Assembly: GCA_963663165.1 (NCBI GenBank)
Contig: OY760175.1
Location: 448,001-512,000, forward strand
Direction of reading: 5' to 3'
Origin: an uncultured Desulfospira sp.
Lineage (GTDB): Bacteria > Desulfobacterota > Desulfobacteria > Desulfobacterales > Desulfobacteraceae
Length of the DNA: 64,000 nucleotides
The position numbers and the translations under genes were made by a program. This document shows positions 19,301 to 26,842 of this stretch, piece by piece (within the stretch, counting starts at the first letter, position 1; every line of letters begins with the position of its first letter). The notes beneath the pieces are model-generated. The model ran no database searches. It was not told the DNA's origin and worked only from the letters and a program-made list of their open reading frames with translations.

Positions 19301-21155
19301 CAAGATCCCGTCCCATTCCGGTATACTGGCTCCCCTGGCCGGGAAATAAGAATCCTATTTTTCCCCGGGGCCTGCCGGAACCGTAGAATACAGGCGATTT
19401 TGAGGGGACCTTGTTGTCAAGGACATCCATGGCCTTACGGATTAGTGCCTGGATATCCCCTTGTTTTTCATGGACCATCAACAGCCTGGCGTCGTGTTCA
19501 AATGAAAAATATTGGCAGGATTCCCATGCCTGAAAGGCAATGATTTGATCGGTTTCAACAGGGTCCGCATCGGATCTAAGGGCGTTTTCAATCTTTTTTT
19601 CAAGATCAATGAGCCGGTCTTTTACCTGGCCTTTGTCCGGGCCTGAAAAAGCAAACAGACGGACAGAGCCGTCCCAGGACACATGGGCTTTCTCAGGGGT
19701 GTATTCTTCAAGAATCGCATGAAAGTTGCTGCCGCCGAATCCGAAGGCCGATATCCCGGACCGTCTCGGGGTGCAGGCACCCAAAGGCATTGTCCATGGC
19801 CTGGATTGATGGTTCAGGTAAAAGGCAGACTGGTTGATGTCAAGATCCGGGTCCGGCTCCTGGGCCTTAAGGGTCGGGGGAATGACTTTATGGTAAAGGC
19901 TTAATACCGCCTTGATCATGCCGGCCGCCCCGGCTGCGGCCTTGGTGTGGCCGATCATGGATTTGACGGACCCCAGGGCGATTTTACGGGGTTGCCCGGC
20001 AGGGTCAAAGCAATGTTTAAGGGCGGTGAACTCCACCTTGTCCCCAACCCTTGTCCCGGTGCCGTGGGCCTCAATCATGCCGATGGTGGACGGGTCTATC
20101 CCGCTGGTGCCGTAGGCATCTTCAAGTGCCCTGATCTGGCCCGGGGTTTCAGGCGCATAAATGGCCGAGGTCCGGCCGTCGCTGGCCGTGCCGATTCCCC
20201 GGATCAGGGCATAAATCCGGTCGTTGTCCTTTTGGGCGTCTGCCAGCCGCTTGAGGATCAGCATACCAATGCCTTCGCCTAAAACAGTGCCGTCAGCGCC
20301 TTTGGAAAAGGGGCGGGCATCGCTGGTTTTGGACAGAACACCGGTTTTTGAGAAACACATGTGCATGAAAATATCGTTTAAGGTGTCCACCCCGCCGGTG
20401 ATGGACATGTCGCATTTTCCGGATTGAAGTTCCATGACTGCCGTATGAATGGCCGACAGGGAACTTGCGCAGGCCGCATCACTGACGGCATTGGTCCCGG
20501 TCAGGTCAAACCGGTTGGCAATCCTTCCGGCCACCACATTGCCGAGCAGCCCGGGAAATGAGTTTTCCTGCCATTGGACATATTGACTTTGAATGTCATC
20601 TAAAATGGCTTTTTTCTGTGCGGGATCGATTTCGGCCCGGTTCAAAGCCTTTTTCCAGATGGGATGGCCTAACCTGGCCCCTAAAGGAATCACCAGTTCC
20701 TGGGTCCCGGTGACGCCGAGAATAACGTTGACTTTCTGGGTCTTCAGATAAGGGTGGCTGACCGGGTATCCGGCATCTTCCAATGCGGCTTTGGCCACTT
20801 CAAGGCCTAACAGTTGGGACGTGTCCGTGGCCTGAATATTATTGGGGGGGATCCCGTAATCCAACGGGTTGAATGCGGTTGCGGGGATAAAACCTCCCCG
20901 TTTGCAGTAAACATGATCCGGGCAGGCCGGGTCCTGATCAAAATAATCTTTGATTCTCCAGTGGGAATCTTCGGGAATGTCCTCAATGGCGTCCCTGCCG
21001 TTAAACAGAAGATGCCAGAATTCCTTGAGTCCTGGGGAACCGGGAAATATGCAGCCCATGCCAATGACGGCAATGGGAATGTCGGGAACAGAAGGTTGTT
21101 TTGAAAGGGTTTTATTGTCTTTCATTTGACTATGGCATTGGAATGGTGTTGTCAA
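13365..21155 (-). CDS. Iterative type I polyketide/fatty-acid synthase, PfaA-like with C-terminal FabA-type dehydratase domains (KS-AT-ACP-ACP-KR-DH-FabA-FabA)
   Basis: KS: DAACASS, HGTGT, GHTK. AT: GHSFG, AFHS. ACPs: LGIDSI and LGVDSI. KR: GGARG and YAAAN. DH: HTIDGLPVVP and DAAFQ. FabA: WFFHAHFYQDPVCPGSLGLE. The true start may be the ATG at 21125. Confidence 0.92.
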   Translation of the reverse strand: MTTPFQCHSQMKDNKTLSKQPSVPDIPIAVIGMGCIFPGSPGLKEFWHLLFNGRDAIEDIPEDSHWRIKDYFDQDPACPDHVYCKRGGFIPATAFNPLDYGIPPNNIQATDTSQLLGLEVAKAALEDAGYPVSHPYLKTQKVNVILGVTGTQELVIPLGARLGHPIWKKALNRAEIDPAQKKAILDDIQSQYVQWQENSFPGLLGNVVAGRIANRFDLTGTNAVSDAACASSLSAIHTAVMELQSGKCDMSITGGVDTLNDIFMHMCFSKTGVLSKTSDARPFSKGADGTVLGEGIGMLILKRLADAQKDNDRIYALIRGIGTASDGRTSAIYAPETPGQIRALEDAYGTSGIDPSTIGMIEAHGTGTRVGDKVEFTALKHCFDPAGQPRKIALGSVKSMIGHTKAAAGAAGMIKAVLSLYHKVIPPTLKAQEPDPDLDINQSAFYLNHQSRPWTMPLGACTPRRSGISAFGFGGSNFHAILEEYTPEKAHVSWDGSVRLFAFSGPDKGQVKDRLIDLEKKIENALRSDADPVETDQIIAFQAWESCQYFSFEHDARLLMVHEKQGDIQALIRKAMDVLDNKVPSKSPVFYGSGRPRGKIGFLFPGQGSQYTGMGRDLVSTFPEALDAFSLSGQAFSRENKSLDQSLDEAVFPLPPHIIDKGQAEKKLRQTHVAQPALGAVSLAMVRILNRFKVYPSMTCGHSFGELPALMAANWISPETMAALAAIRGQLMATAGNAGSDNDPGSMLAVQASLETIEKLIIDNELNLILANRNAPSQGVLSGASKEIDRAFTLCRSAKIRAVKLPVAAAFHSGLVKEAAKPFQEALTEIDITPTPVTVLSNTTGTPYPDTIPEIMQTLGRQLSHPVNFIGNIETMAAHKVTTFLEVGPKAVLTGLARNILKETGCSFLSVDGSAGKKSGIFDLALTLAQIAALGHPIDLKAWEDPATEPEPRKMKVMLSGANPKPEPPKPEPAAAGKGRLAAPRKTSFPKPAVQNPDQKSAGLAMPASGRHAVEPTPTRTPPLTPDNISKQGYKMNRSPFKAQEQNPSHEAMRLVHRGLEAMQELQAQTARAHEKFLETQAEAARALAGMMGHTHHLPSVPAPLQAPVQTPVQAPVQTPAQSPVQTAAPLSQPVQDLTEDQPDHGNAAQTAPFADQPHNTPLSPPVPEPGQVPSGSIQPVLFDIVSRLTGFPVEMLEPEMNIESDLGIDSIKRVEIISELEKHFEDQSGLTPENMGAVQTLDDICSALASSLAVPEKLPDTPPASKKSTPSAPAKKASDSSEACANTYQVLVGIISELTGFPVEMLEPDMDLESDLGVDSIKRVEILSRLEQELDTGPNLSPEDMGALRTIQDIVQYLTPKDSPPPAGNKKKTLSSAADTRAVDENIDVLPDLLRRQVKLKRFPTDQIRFYNGAKIDLPENKIVYITSCPDDPDQQTLALRLQEEFQKQDIPSRVIPLSQHHIPKLSNAAGLLILQETFQDQDPVRASNFLKAAFLLIKTNAHELTASAAVKGAFLCGVTFLGGGFGLDGSPISTCPVYGGLSGLIKTCAIEFKKILWRSMDLPGTLEKCLNNAEAAVSLAMTQGEVEMGLDGDYCNIPVMEAAGLPATLPKADLLNLQTGEVAVITGGARGVTAQCAIRLAKETGCTIVLLGRSPEPFEEPSWANGISDAPGLKKAILVNEFKDLKPKPSDIEARYKRLAANREILATLDRINRLNAKGVYFSVDIRDKEKLAPVFSRIRETLGPVSALIHGAGVVADKLIVDKSDQQFETVFSTKVTGLYTLLSLTKSDPVRYLALFSSIAARTGNTGQSDYAAANEALNKTAAWFARKNPETRVVSINWGPWEAGMVNPSLKKEFQRKGIDLIPVNAGAACLTREMAAARPTAVEIVIGGGLTPGKGKDHLPSPKHYTRVLTQNFSTGQVPILDAHTIDGLPVVPFALLIELMAHGAEKNNPGLVFSGMDNMRLLKGVRPTADGSSDNGIDLTLKVTKCTPEDNGYGCSGILTSTCGQQEIRHAAGTCILTDSLPEPPVLSKTITMDLHEPSLTIAQAYEQVLFHGKDLECITRIKGVSAKGIEVFALTAPETQKWYKTPHSKSWTIDPMLLDAAFQAAILWTWETTKQVCLPSFLAGLRLYSSYTKIQDGPVRILFTVNEQTRHKIKGYFTFLDHQGTVLAGITGFEAVIAPSLTRKFSPPAPLFDRKSILAFAQGNPSEAFGEKYKIFDEQRQIARLPRPPYFFMDRVLLADHPQWEMKPGGWIETEYDVPQDAWYFKANRTSTMPFCILLEIALQPCGWLAAFAGSALESPDRLHFRNLGGNAAILSQVTADTGTLTVRCKMTEVSKAGGMIIQNFDMEVLCKDKMVYQGKTNFGFFTAKALANQVGIKDNLLAAYEPNPNDETPVVFQDDAPLTPNDDGKSPDSGMPAKALRMIDTIEILDMDGGLYDQGYIRAQKLVDPDEWFFHAHFYQDPVCPGSLGLESFIQMIRYFLVKKFNIDPSSSEVLLPLGRSHQWIYRGQIIPSNKQVTIHAHIKGVEAGSNQFSATADGALTVDGICIYEMKDFMVSFLPQEMVTGAKPEGFLSGPAIYDQPAPPMD

Positions 21156-21257
21156 TTTAAATTGAACTTAATTTTAATGGGCAAGTATACACTGCCACCG
21201 GCCGGAATGCCTGTTTCACAGGGGGTTTGACAAAAGTTTTACAATGAGACGAGCCGG

Positions 21258-21818
21258 TTACCGGGCCTGGATAAAGGTTCGGCCCCCAAGAAAGGTGTGT
21301 TTAAAATAAACATTATCAAGGGATGCAACCCGGATGGGTTTTCCCTTTCCCGGGGCATGGATAAATTCGTTGTTGCCCGTAAAAATGCCCACGTGGACCC
21401 GGGAGGTTCTTCTGGAAATATTAAAGAATACCAGGTCTCCGGGTTTCAGATTGTTTTTGTTGACCTTACTGCCGGTATTGTACTGATCCCGGGCGGTTCT
21501 TGGTACAGGTATTCCGGCGCTCCGGTACACATAGTAGACCAGGCCGCTGCAGTCAAATCCCATCTCCGGGCGGGTTCCTCCCCATACATAAGGGGTTCCA
21601 ATATTCTCTATAGAGGTTTGAACGATGTGCCGGCGGATTTTGGAAATTCGGGAAAATTGGGGGTCCTGCTGTTGGCAGGGCTGGATGGGTTGCGGTGCAA
21701 TATGGGCCGAAGGGGCCAGGGCTTTGTTCCAGGCACTGCAGGCGGGTAACATGAAGCACAGGGTGAAAAGACCGGTAATTACAGCTAACTGTTTGAGAAG
21801 AGGTGTCAAATTTTTCAT
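21258..21818 (-). CDS. NlpC/P60 (C40) peptidase lipoprotein
   Basis: Lipobox LPAC; GTPYVWGG...GFDCSG...HVGI...FIHA. Confidence 0.92.
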   Translation of the reverse strand: MKNLTPLLKQLAVITGLFTLCFMLPACSAWNKALAPSAHIAPQPIQPCQQQDPQFSRISKIRRHIVQTSIENIGTPYVWGGTRPEMGFDCSGLVYYVYRSAGIPVPRTARDQYNTGSKVNKNNLKPGDLVFFNISRRTSRVHVGIFTGNNEFIHAPGKGKPIRVASLDNVYFKHTFLGGRTFIQAR

Positions 21819-21837
21819 GCAGAAACGGTATTATGGT

Positions 21838-22191
21838 TTATTCAATAATGTCGATAACAGTCCCTAAAACTTCGTCTTGAACCTGGATGGCTTTGGCGTT
21901 GGCGTCAAACCCGTACTGGGCGGAAATCTGCTGGACCATTTCCCGGGCCATGTCCGTATTGGACAGTTCTTTTAATGAACCGTCAGTGCTCAGGGGATCT
22001 TCAACCAACGGTCCCGGGCTGTTGTCAATGGTCGTGGTGGTGGTCACCGAGCCGTTTTGCCCTTCGGTATTCCGGGTTGTTCCGGCCTTGTATTCGTCGG
22101 AAAGGACATTGGCTACATTGCCGGCACTGGTCTGTATCTGCTGGCCGAATGCCCTCAGGGCCGATACATTATTATTTAAGGATGATATCAT
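21838..22191 (-). CDS. Small protein with flagellar basal-body rod N-/C-terminal motifs
   Basis: SAGNVANV and ELSNTDMAREMV...FDANAKAI...GTVIDI motifs. Confidence 0.8.
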   Translation of the reverse strand: MISSLNNNVSALRAFGQQIQTSAGNVANVLSDEYKAGTTRNTEGQNGSVTTTTTIDNSPGPLVEDPLSTDGSLKELSNTDMAREMVQQISAQYGFDANAKAIQVQDEVLGTVIDIIE

Positions 22192-22452
22192 TTTTTCAAA
22201 TCTCCTTTAAAATCAATTGGTTGTAAATCACGATATGTAACACAACAACCGATGCGCCAACCAATTCACCCTTCAAACTAACAAAAAAGGTCATAAAAAT
22301 CAAGATTCTATGTCGCTCTTTTAAAAGAAGATCTTTTGCAAAATGGTTCAAGATGTCATAGAATGGCCGGGCATTAAGTCCCAGTCTTTTTTTAGGTGGT
22401 TTTTATCAGGGCTGCTGGCGATCAGCTGTCAGCTGTCAGGGATTGTTGTAAT

Positions 22453-22557
22453 CTAACAGCTAAAAGCTAACGGCTAACAGCTAAAAACTAACGGCTAACA
22501 GCTAAAAACTAACGGCTAAAAGCTAACAGCTAAAAGCTAACAGCTTAAAGCTAACAA
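22453..22557 (+). repeat. Tandem heptamer array (CTAA[C/A][A/G][G/A]) x15
   Basis: Counted 15 units ending directly at the AAGGAGG RBS. Inverted units (CAGCTGTCAGCTGTCAG) lie just upstream. Confidence 0.9.
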
Positions 22558-22569
22558 AGGAGGCAGATT

Positions 22570-23109
22570 ATGTTTACCCCGAACAATTGTGTGCTGCTCC
22601 TGGTTGATGTTCAAGGGCAGCTGGCCCAGGCAATGTATGAAAAAGACCGGTTGTTTACGTCACTTGAAATCCTTTTAAAGGGCGTAAAAGTCCTTGGTGT
22701 TCCCATTATCTGGATGGAACAGATCCCGTCCAAGCTTGGCCCGACCATTGAGCCGCTTTCAACCATCATGGACGAAGAACAGCCCATTGAAAAATCGAGC
22801 TTTTCCTGCTGCAAAGAGCCCAAATTCAATGAGCGGTTTTTGTCACTGAACCGGAACCAGGTGTTAATTGCGGGCATTGAAACCCACATCTGCATTTTTC
22901 AGACCGCCTATGACCTGCTCAACCAGGGGTTTGAGGTCCAGGTGGTGTCTGATTGCGTATCTTCGAGGATTCTGGAAAATAAAAATGTCGGCCTGCAGCG
23001 GATTTTTCAGTCCGGCGGACAGATCACCAGTGTGGAAATGCTCTTTTTTGAGTTGATGGGAGAGGCTGGCGGGGAACAGTTCAGACAGATCGTCAAGCTG
23101 ATAAAATAG
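22570..23109 (+). CDS. Isochorismatase/cysteine hydrolase family protein
   Basis: LLLVDVQ, EQIPSKLGPT, KSSFSC and GIETHICI motifs. Confidence 0.9.
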   Translation: MFTPNNCVLLLVDVQGQLAQAMYEKDRLFTSLEILLKGVKVLGVPIIWMEQIPSKLGPTIEPLSTIMDEEQPIEKSSFSCCKEPKFNERFLSLNRNQVLIAGIETHICIFQTAYDLLNQGFEVQVVSDCVSSRILENKNVGLQRIFQSGGQITSVEMLFFELMGEAGGEQFRQIVKLIK

Positions 23110-23115
23110 ATTTTT

Positions 23116-23820
23116 TCAGGCGGTGACGTGGATGGTGCTGGTATCCTCTTCGGGAAGGGAATGGACCCGGGTGTAGGTCTGGGTGGCCTGTTGAAGGCTG
23201 CCGAATGCTGCAGCCTCGCCTTCCTTTGTCTGTTCCTGGGTTCGGGAGGCCATGATGTCGGATACCGCATCCACCATTATGGCGCTTGCCCGGGCCGCCA
23301 CTTTCATATCCTGCGCGGACGGATCGGCCGGGGCAAGGGCCGCGCTCCTGACTTGCTGCATTTTGGCGACTGTGGCCTCGGGATCTCCTGAAACCGGAGA
23401 GGTGTCTATGCTGACCTCTCCGCCAACCGCATAATTTCTGCCGTCAGGCCCGCGCTGGTAGGTGAAGTTGGCGCCTGAAACGGCAAGCCCGCCCGATGCG
23501 GAGATATGGGCCATTTCATGCCGTTTGACTTCCATGTCCCGCTGCTTTAATTCTGTAATCAGCCTTTTTTCAGATTCGGTCAGGCTGGTTTCTGAAACCG
23601 TGGGGGATGACGGGGGATTTGACCCATCAGAGGACTGGCTCGAAGACTGGTCCGAAGCCTGGTTTTCTTCCTGGGCCGCGGATGTGTCCGGCTGGACAAC
23701 GCCTGTTTTTTCGGTATCTGTTGGGGGTTTTTGGAGATTTTCGGCGGCGGATGATGTGGAGACAAAACTGTGCTGAAAATTTGGGATTGGGGTGGTGCCG
23801 GGCGACGGCTGAATGTTCAT
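23116..23820 (-). CDS. SprA-related family protein
   Basis: RDMEVKRHEMAH, GPDGRNYAVGGEVSID and ALAPADPSAQD motifs. Confidence 0.85.
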   Translation of the reverse strand: MNIQPSPGTTPIPNFQHSFVSTSSAAENLQKPPTDTEKTGVVQPDTSAAQEENQASDQSSSQSSDGSNPPSSPTVSETSLTESEKRLITELKQRDMEVKRHEMAHISASGGLAVSGANFTYQRGPDGRNYAVGGEVSIDTSPVSGDPEATVAKMQQVRSAALAPADPSAQDMKVAARASAIMVDAVSDIMASRTQEQTKEGEAAAFGSLQQATQTYTRVHSLPEEDTSTIHVTA

Positions 23821-23969
23821 AGCCTCGTCTCCTGTTGGTTTCTTTTACTGTCCCAATATAATAGACTTAAAGTTAAAAATTTTCAACTTTATATTCGGTT
23901 TTAGACGGGACAATCGCATGTAATCTGCAGGCTGTTTGATATGTGAGTATGGATGATAATGTATAAAAT

Positions 23970-24052
23970 GGGGACTTGGGATATGGGATATGGGACTTGG
24001 GTAGGCCGTTGATACAGCAATCCCCAAGTCCCATATCCCAAGCCCCAAGTCC
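23970..24052. repeat. Inverted heptamer repeat (GGGACTT/GGGATAT units and their complement)
   Basis: GGGACTTGGGATATGGGATATGGGACTTGGG ... CCCAAGTCCCATATCCCAAGCCCCAAGTCC. Confidence 0.8.
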
Positions 24053-24115
24053 ATTATTGGGGAGAGTTAACTTAATTTTTACATGCGTTAGCCCTGGCGG
24101 TTCTATATTTTATAA

Positions 24116-24144
24116 TTGACAAGGCAAAAAAAGGAGTGTATCTT
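24116..24144 (+). promoter_or_regulatory. Putative sigma70 promoter for hisB
   Basis: TTGACA-17 bp-TATCTT. Confidence 0.5.
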
Positions 24145-24264
24145 AGCAAGATTCATTCTATGTCTTAATATAAACGGCTGGAATGAAGTTAGGCTGACCG
24201 ATGGGCATTTTTGAATAAAAAATGCCCTGTGAACCACCGGCTTTCGTTTTTCGAGGATACTCCT

Positions 24265-24852
24265 ATGGGCCGACAGGCTATTGTTACCAGGCACACCAGG
24301 GAAACCCGGATAGATCTTCAGATTGATATGGACGGAGCAGGGCAGGCCGACATTTCCACTGGAATTCCCTTTTTTGATCATATGCTCACTGCATTTTCCG
24401 TTCACGGTTTTTTTGACCTTTCGCTAAAGGCTGTGGGAGACCTTGCTGTGGATTTTCATCATACGGTTGAGGATACCGGGCTTGTTCTAGGACAGGCCGT
24501 TCTTGAGGCCCTTGGAGACAAACAGGGAATTGTCAGATTCGGTGATAAGTGTGTTCCCATGGATGAGGCCCTGTCACGGGTGACCATTGATCTGTCTAAC
24601 CGGCCTTACCTGATTTATAATTTCCCGGATAATCTAAAATCCGGCGGACCATTTGACGTCTTTCTTGCCAAAGAGTTTTTTCAGGCACTCAGTGTGAAAG
24701 GCAACTTTAATCTTCATATCAACACCCTTTATGGTTCCAATGAACATCATGTTCTTGAATCCATATTTAAAGCTTTAGGCAGGGCTTTGCACGAGGCCAG
24801 CCGGGTGAATGAAAAGATTAAAGGGGCCTTGTCCAGCAAGGGGACGTTATAA
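24265..24852 (+). CDS. hisB: Imidazoleglycerol-phosphate dehydratase
   Basis: TGIPFFDHML, HHTVED, PMDEAL and NEHH motifs. ATG at 24265 after GAGG. Confidence 0.95.
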   Translation: MGRQAIVTRHTRETRIDLQIDMDGAGQADISTGIPFFDHMLTAFSVHGFFDLSLKAVGDLAVDFHHTVEDTGLVLGQAVLEALGDKQGIVRFGDKCVPMDEALSRVTIDLSNRPYLIYNFPDNLKSGGPFDVFLAKEFFQALSVKGNFNLHINTLYGSNEHHVLESIFKALGRALHEASRVNEKIKGALSSKGTL

Positions 24853-25036
24853 CGTTCGATATTCGTTTTAAGCGTTGATTGCGATGATGATACCTGAAAC
24901 ATGCATGAATGGGACTGATTCTATAATTTCAAACTGGCTGCAAAACATTTCAACATCACAGATTATTGACTTGTTTTTTTAAGTAGTTATTTTGTAATGA
25001 TCAACACTAAACCCGTGGAGTCGGCACCACTTAAAG

Positions 25037-26821
25037 ATGTATATTCCTGAAGAGAAAATTTCTGAAATTCTAAACAGTTCAGACATAGTTGATATCGTAT
25101 CCGATTCTGTTATTCTCAAAAAATCCGGAAGGAATTTCTTTGGGTTGTGCCCGTTTCATGCCGAAAAAACCCCGTCTTTTTCCGTTAACCCGGACAAGCA
25201 GATTTTTCATTGTTTCGGGTGCGGGGCCGGGGGGAATGCCCTTGGCTTTATCATGAAATACCATGGCATCAGTTTCCCGGAAGCCGCCCGGATGCTGGCC
25301 AGAAAATACAACATTCTCATCGAAACAAATAGCCTTGATCCGGCAAAGAAAAGGCAGATTCAGGCAAGGGAGAATCTGTTCAGACTCAATAAAAAAGTCA
25401 TGGGGTATTACCAGGGGGGATTGACGCCAGGATCCGCTGGTGCCCGATATCTTGAAAGAAGGGGAACCGAAAGAGAAATCATAGAGCAGTTTTATCTCGG
25501 GTTTGCCCAGGACCAGTGGGACGGGGTGGTTCATCTTCTGCGCAAAGAAAAAGTGAACAAAAGAACGGCCCTGGAATCAGGGCTGGTGCTGCCCCGCAAG
25601 AGCGGTTCCGGGTTTTACGACCGGTTCAGAAACCGGATCATGTTTCCGATATTTGACATCAATATGCAGGTGGCCGGATTTGGCGGAAGGGTCATGGACG
25701 ATGCCATGCCCAAGTACATGAATTCACCTGAAACACCGGTTTACAATAAAAGCCGGATTCTTTACGGCCTTCACGCCTCAAAGCAGCATTGCCGGCGGGC
25801 TGATCTGGTTTATATCGTTGAAGGGTACTTTGACTTTTTATCCTTGTTTCAACACGGCATCCAAAATTGCGTGGCAAGCCTTGGCACTGCCTTGACACCG
25901 GAGCATGTCCGGATTTTAAAGGGATATGCCACCAAAATGGTGCTGGTGTTTGACTCAGATGCTGCCGGGATCAATGCGGCCAAAAGAAGTATTAAAATTT
26001 TTATGCAAGAAGGGGTGGACACCCGGATACTGGTGCTGCCCGATGGCCATGACCCGGATTCTTTTATCATGAAAAACGGTAGGGACGCCTGGGAAAATAT
26101 AGCCGGGACAGCTAAGAACATCATGGATTTTTTATTTGAGCTGGCCAAAAACACCCACGGCATGAGTGTGGAAGGCCGGGTGAAAATCCTTGAAGAAATG
26201 AAGGGGCATCTGGCCAAAATCAGTGACAGCGCCTTAAGGTCGCTTTATGTCAAGGAAATTTCAGAGACCCTGCATATTGATGAAAAGGCGGTTTTAGAAA
26301 AAGTCCGCGACCAGGTCGGCAAACAACAGCGGCCGGCGGCGTTTAATCCCGAGGCACCGGTTGTTGAAGAACAACTTGATCCCGGTGAAAAACAGATTGT
26401 ATCCATCATGTTAAATTATCCTGAACTGATTCAGGATGTGATGGACAGCCATGCCCCGGATTTTTTCACCAGTGACCGGTTAAAGAACATGGCTATGGTC
26501 ATATTCCAGGCGGATACCGGCACAACCAACAGCGTTAACACGATATGGACCCAGTTTAAGAACCCTGAAGATCAGGAGCTGATTGCCTGTCTGGTTTCCG
26601 ATGCCGGCGGGTCAACTGAGAATGCCGGTGAAGATATGGAAACCATTCACAGGCAGGCCCGGGATATTATCAGCCGGTTCGTCCGGGTTCGGAAAAAAAA
26701 TGAAAATAAGATAACAACACGAATAATGAGTGCGGAAAAGGGTGGTGAAGATGACGTGATGGAATTGCTGCGGCAAAAGCAGCTTGAAATTAGTCAATTT
26801 CACATCAGCCCCGGCGCTTAA
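25037..26821 (+). CDS. dnaG: DNA primase
   Basis: CPFH..CFGC zinc finger, KYMNSPET, Toprim VEGYFD and FDSD. Confidence 0.97.
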   Translation: MYIPEEKISEILNSSDIVDIVSDSVILKKSGRNFFGLCPFHAEKTPSFSVNPDKQIFHCFGCGAGGNALGFIMKYHGISFPEAARMLARKYNILIETNSLDPAKKRQIQARENLFRLNKKVMGYYQGGLTPGSAGARYLERRGTEREIIEQFYLGFAQDQWDGVVHLLRKEKVNKRTALESGLVLPRKSGSGFYDRFRNRIMFPIFDINMQVAGFGGRVMDDAMPKYMNSPETPVYNKSRILYGLHASKQHCRRADLVYIVEGYFDFLSLFQHGIQNCVASLGTALTPEHVRILKGYATKMVLVFDSDAAGINAAKRSIKIFMQEGVDTRILVLPDGHDPDSFIMKNGRDAWENIAGTAKNIMDFLFELAKNTHGMSVEGRVKILEEMKGHLAKISDSALRSLYVKEISETLHIDEKAVLEKVRDQVGKQQRPAAFNPEAPVVEEQLDPGEKQIVSIMLNYPELIQDVMDSHAPDFFTSDRLKNMAMVIFQADTGTTNSVNTIWTQFKNPEDQELIACLVSDAGGSTENAGEDMETIHRQARDIISRFVRVRKKNENKITTRIMSAEKGGEDDVMELLRQKQLEISQFHISPGA

Positions 26822-26842
26822 AGCCTTTGGAGGGCAGTTTAT

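Noticed and set aside
22453..22557. Possible CRISPR array
   Set aside because: These are contiguous 7-bp units with no unique spacers, and there are no cas genes in the window.
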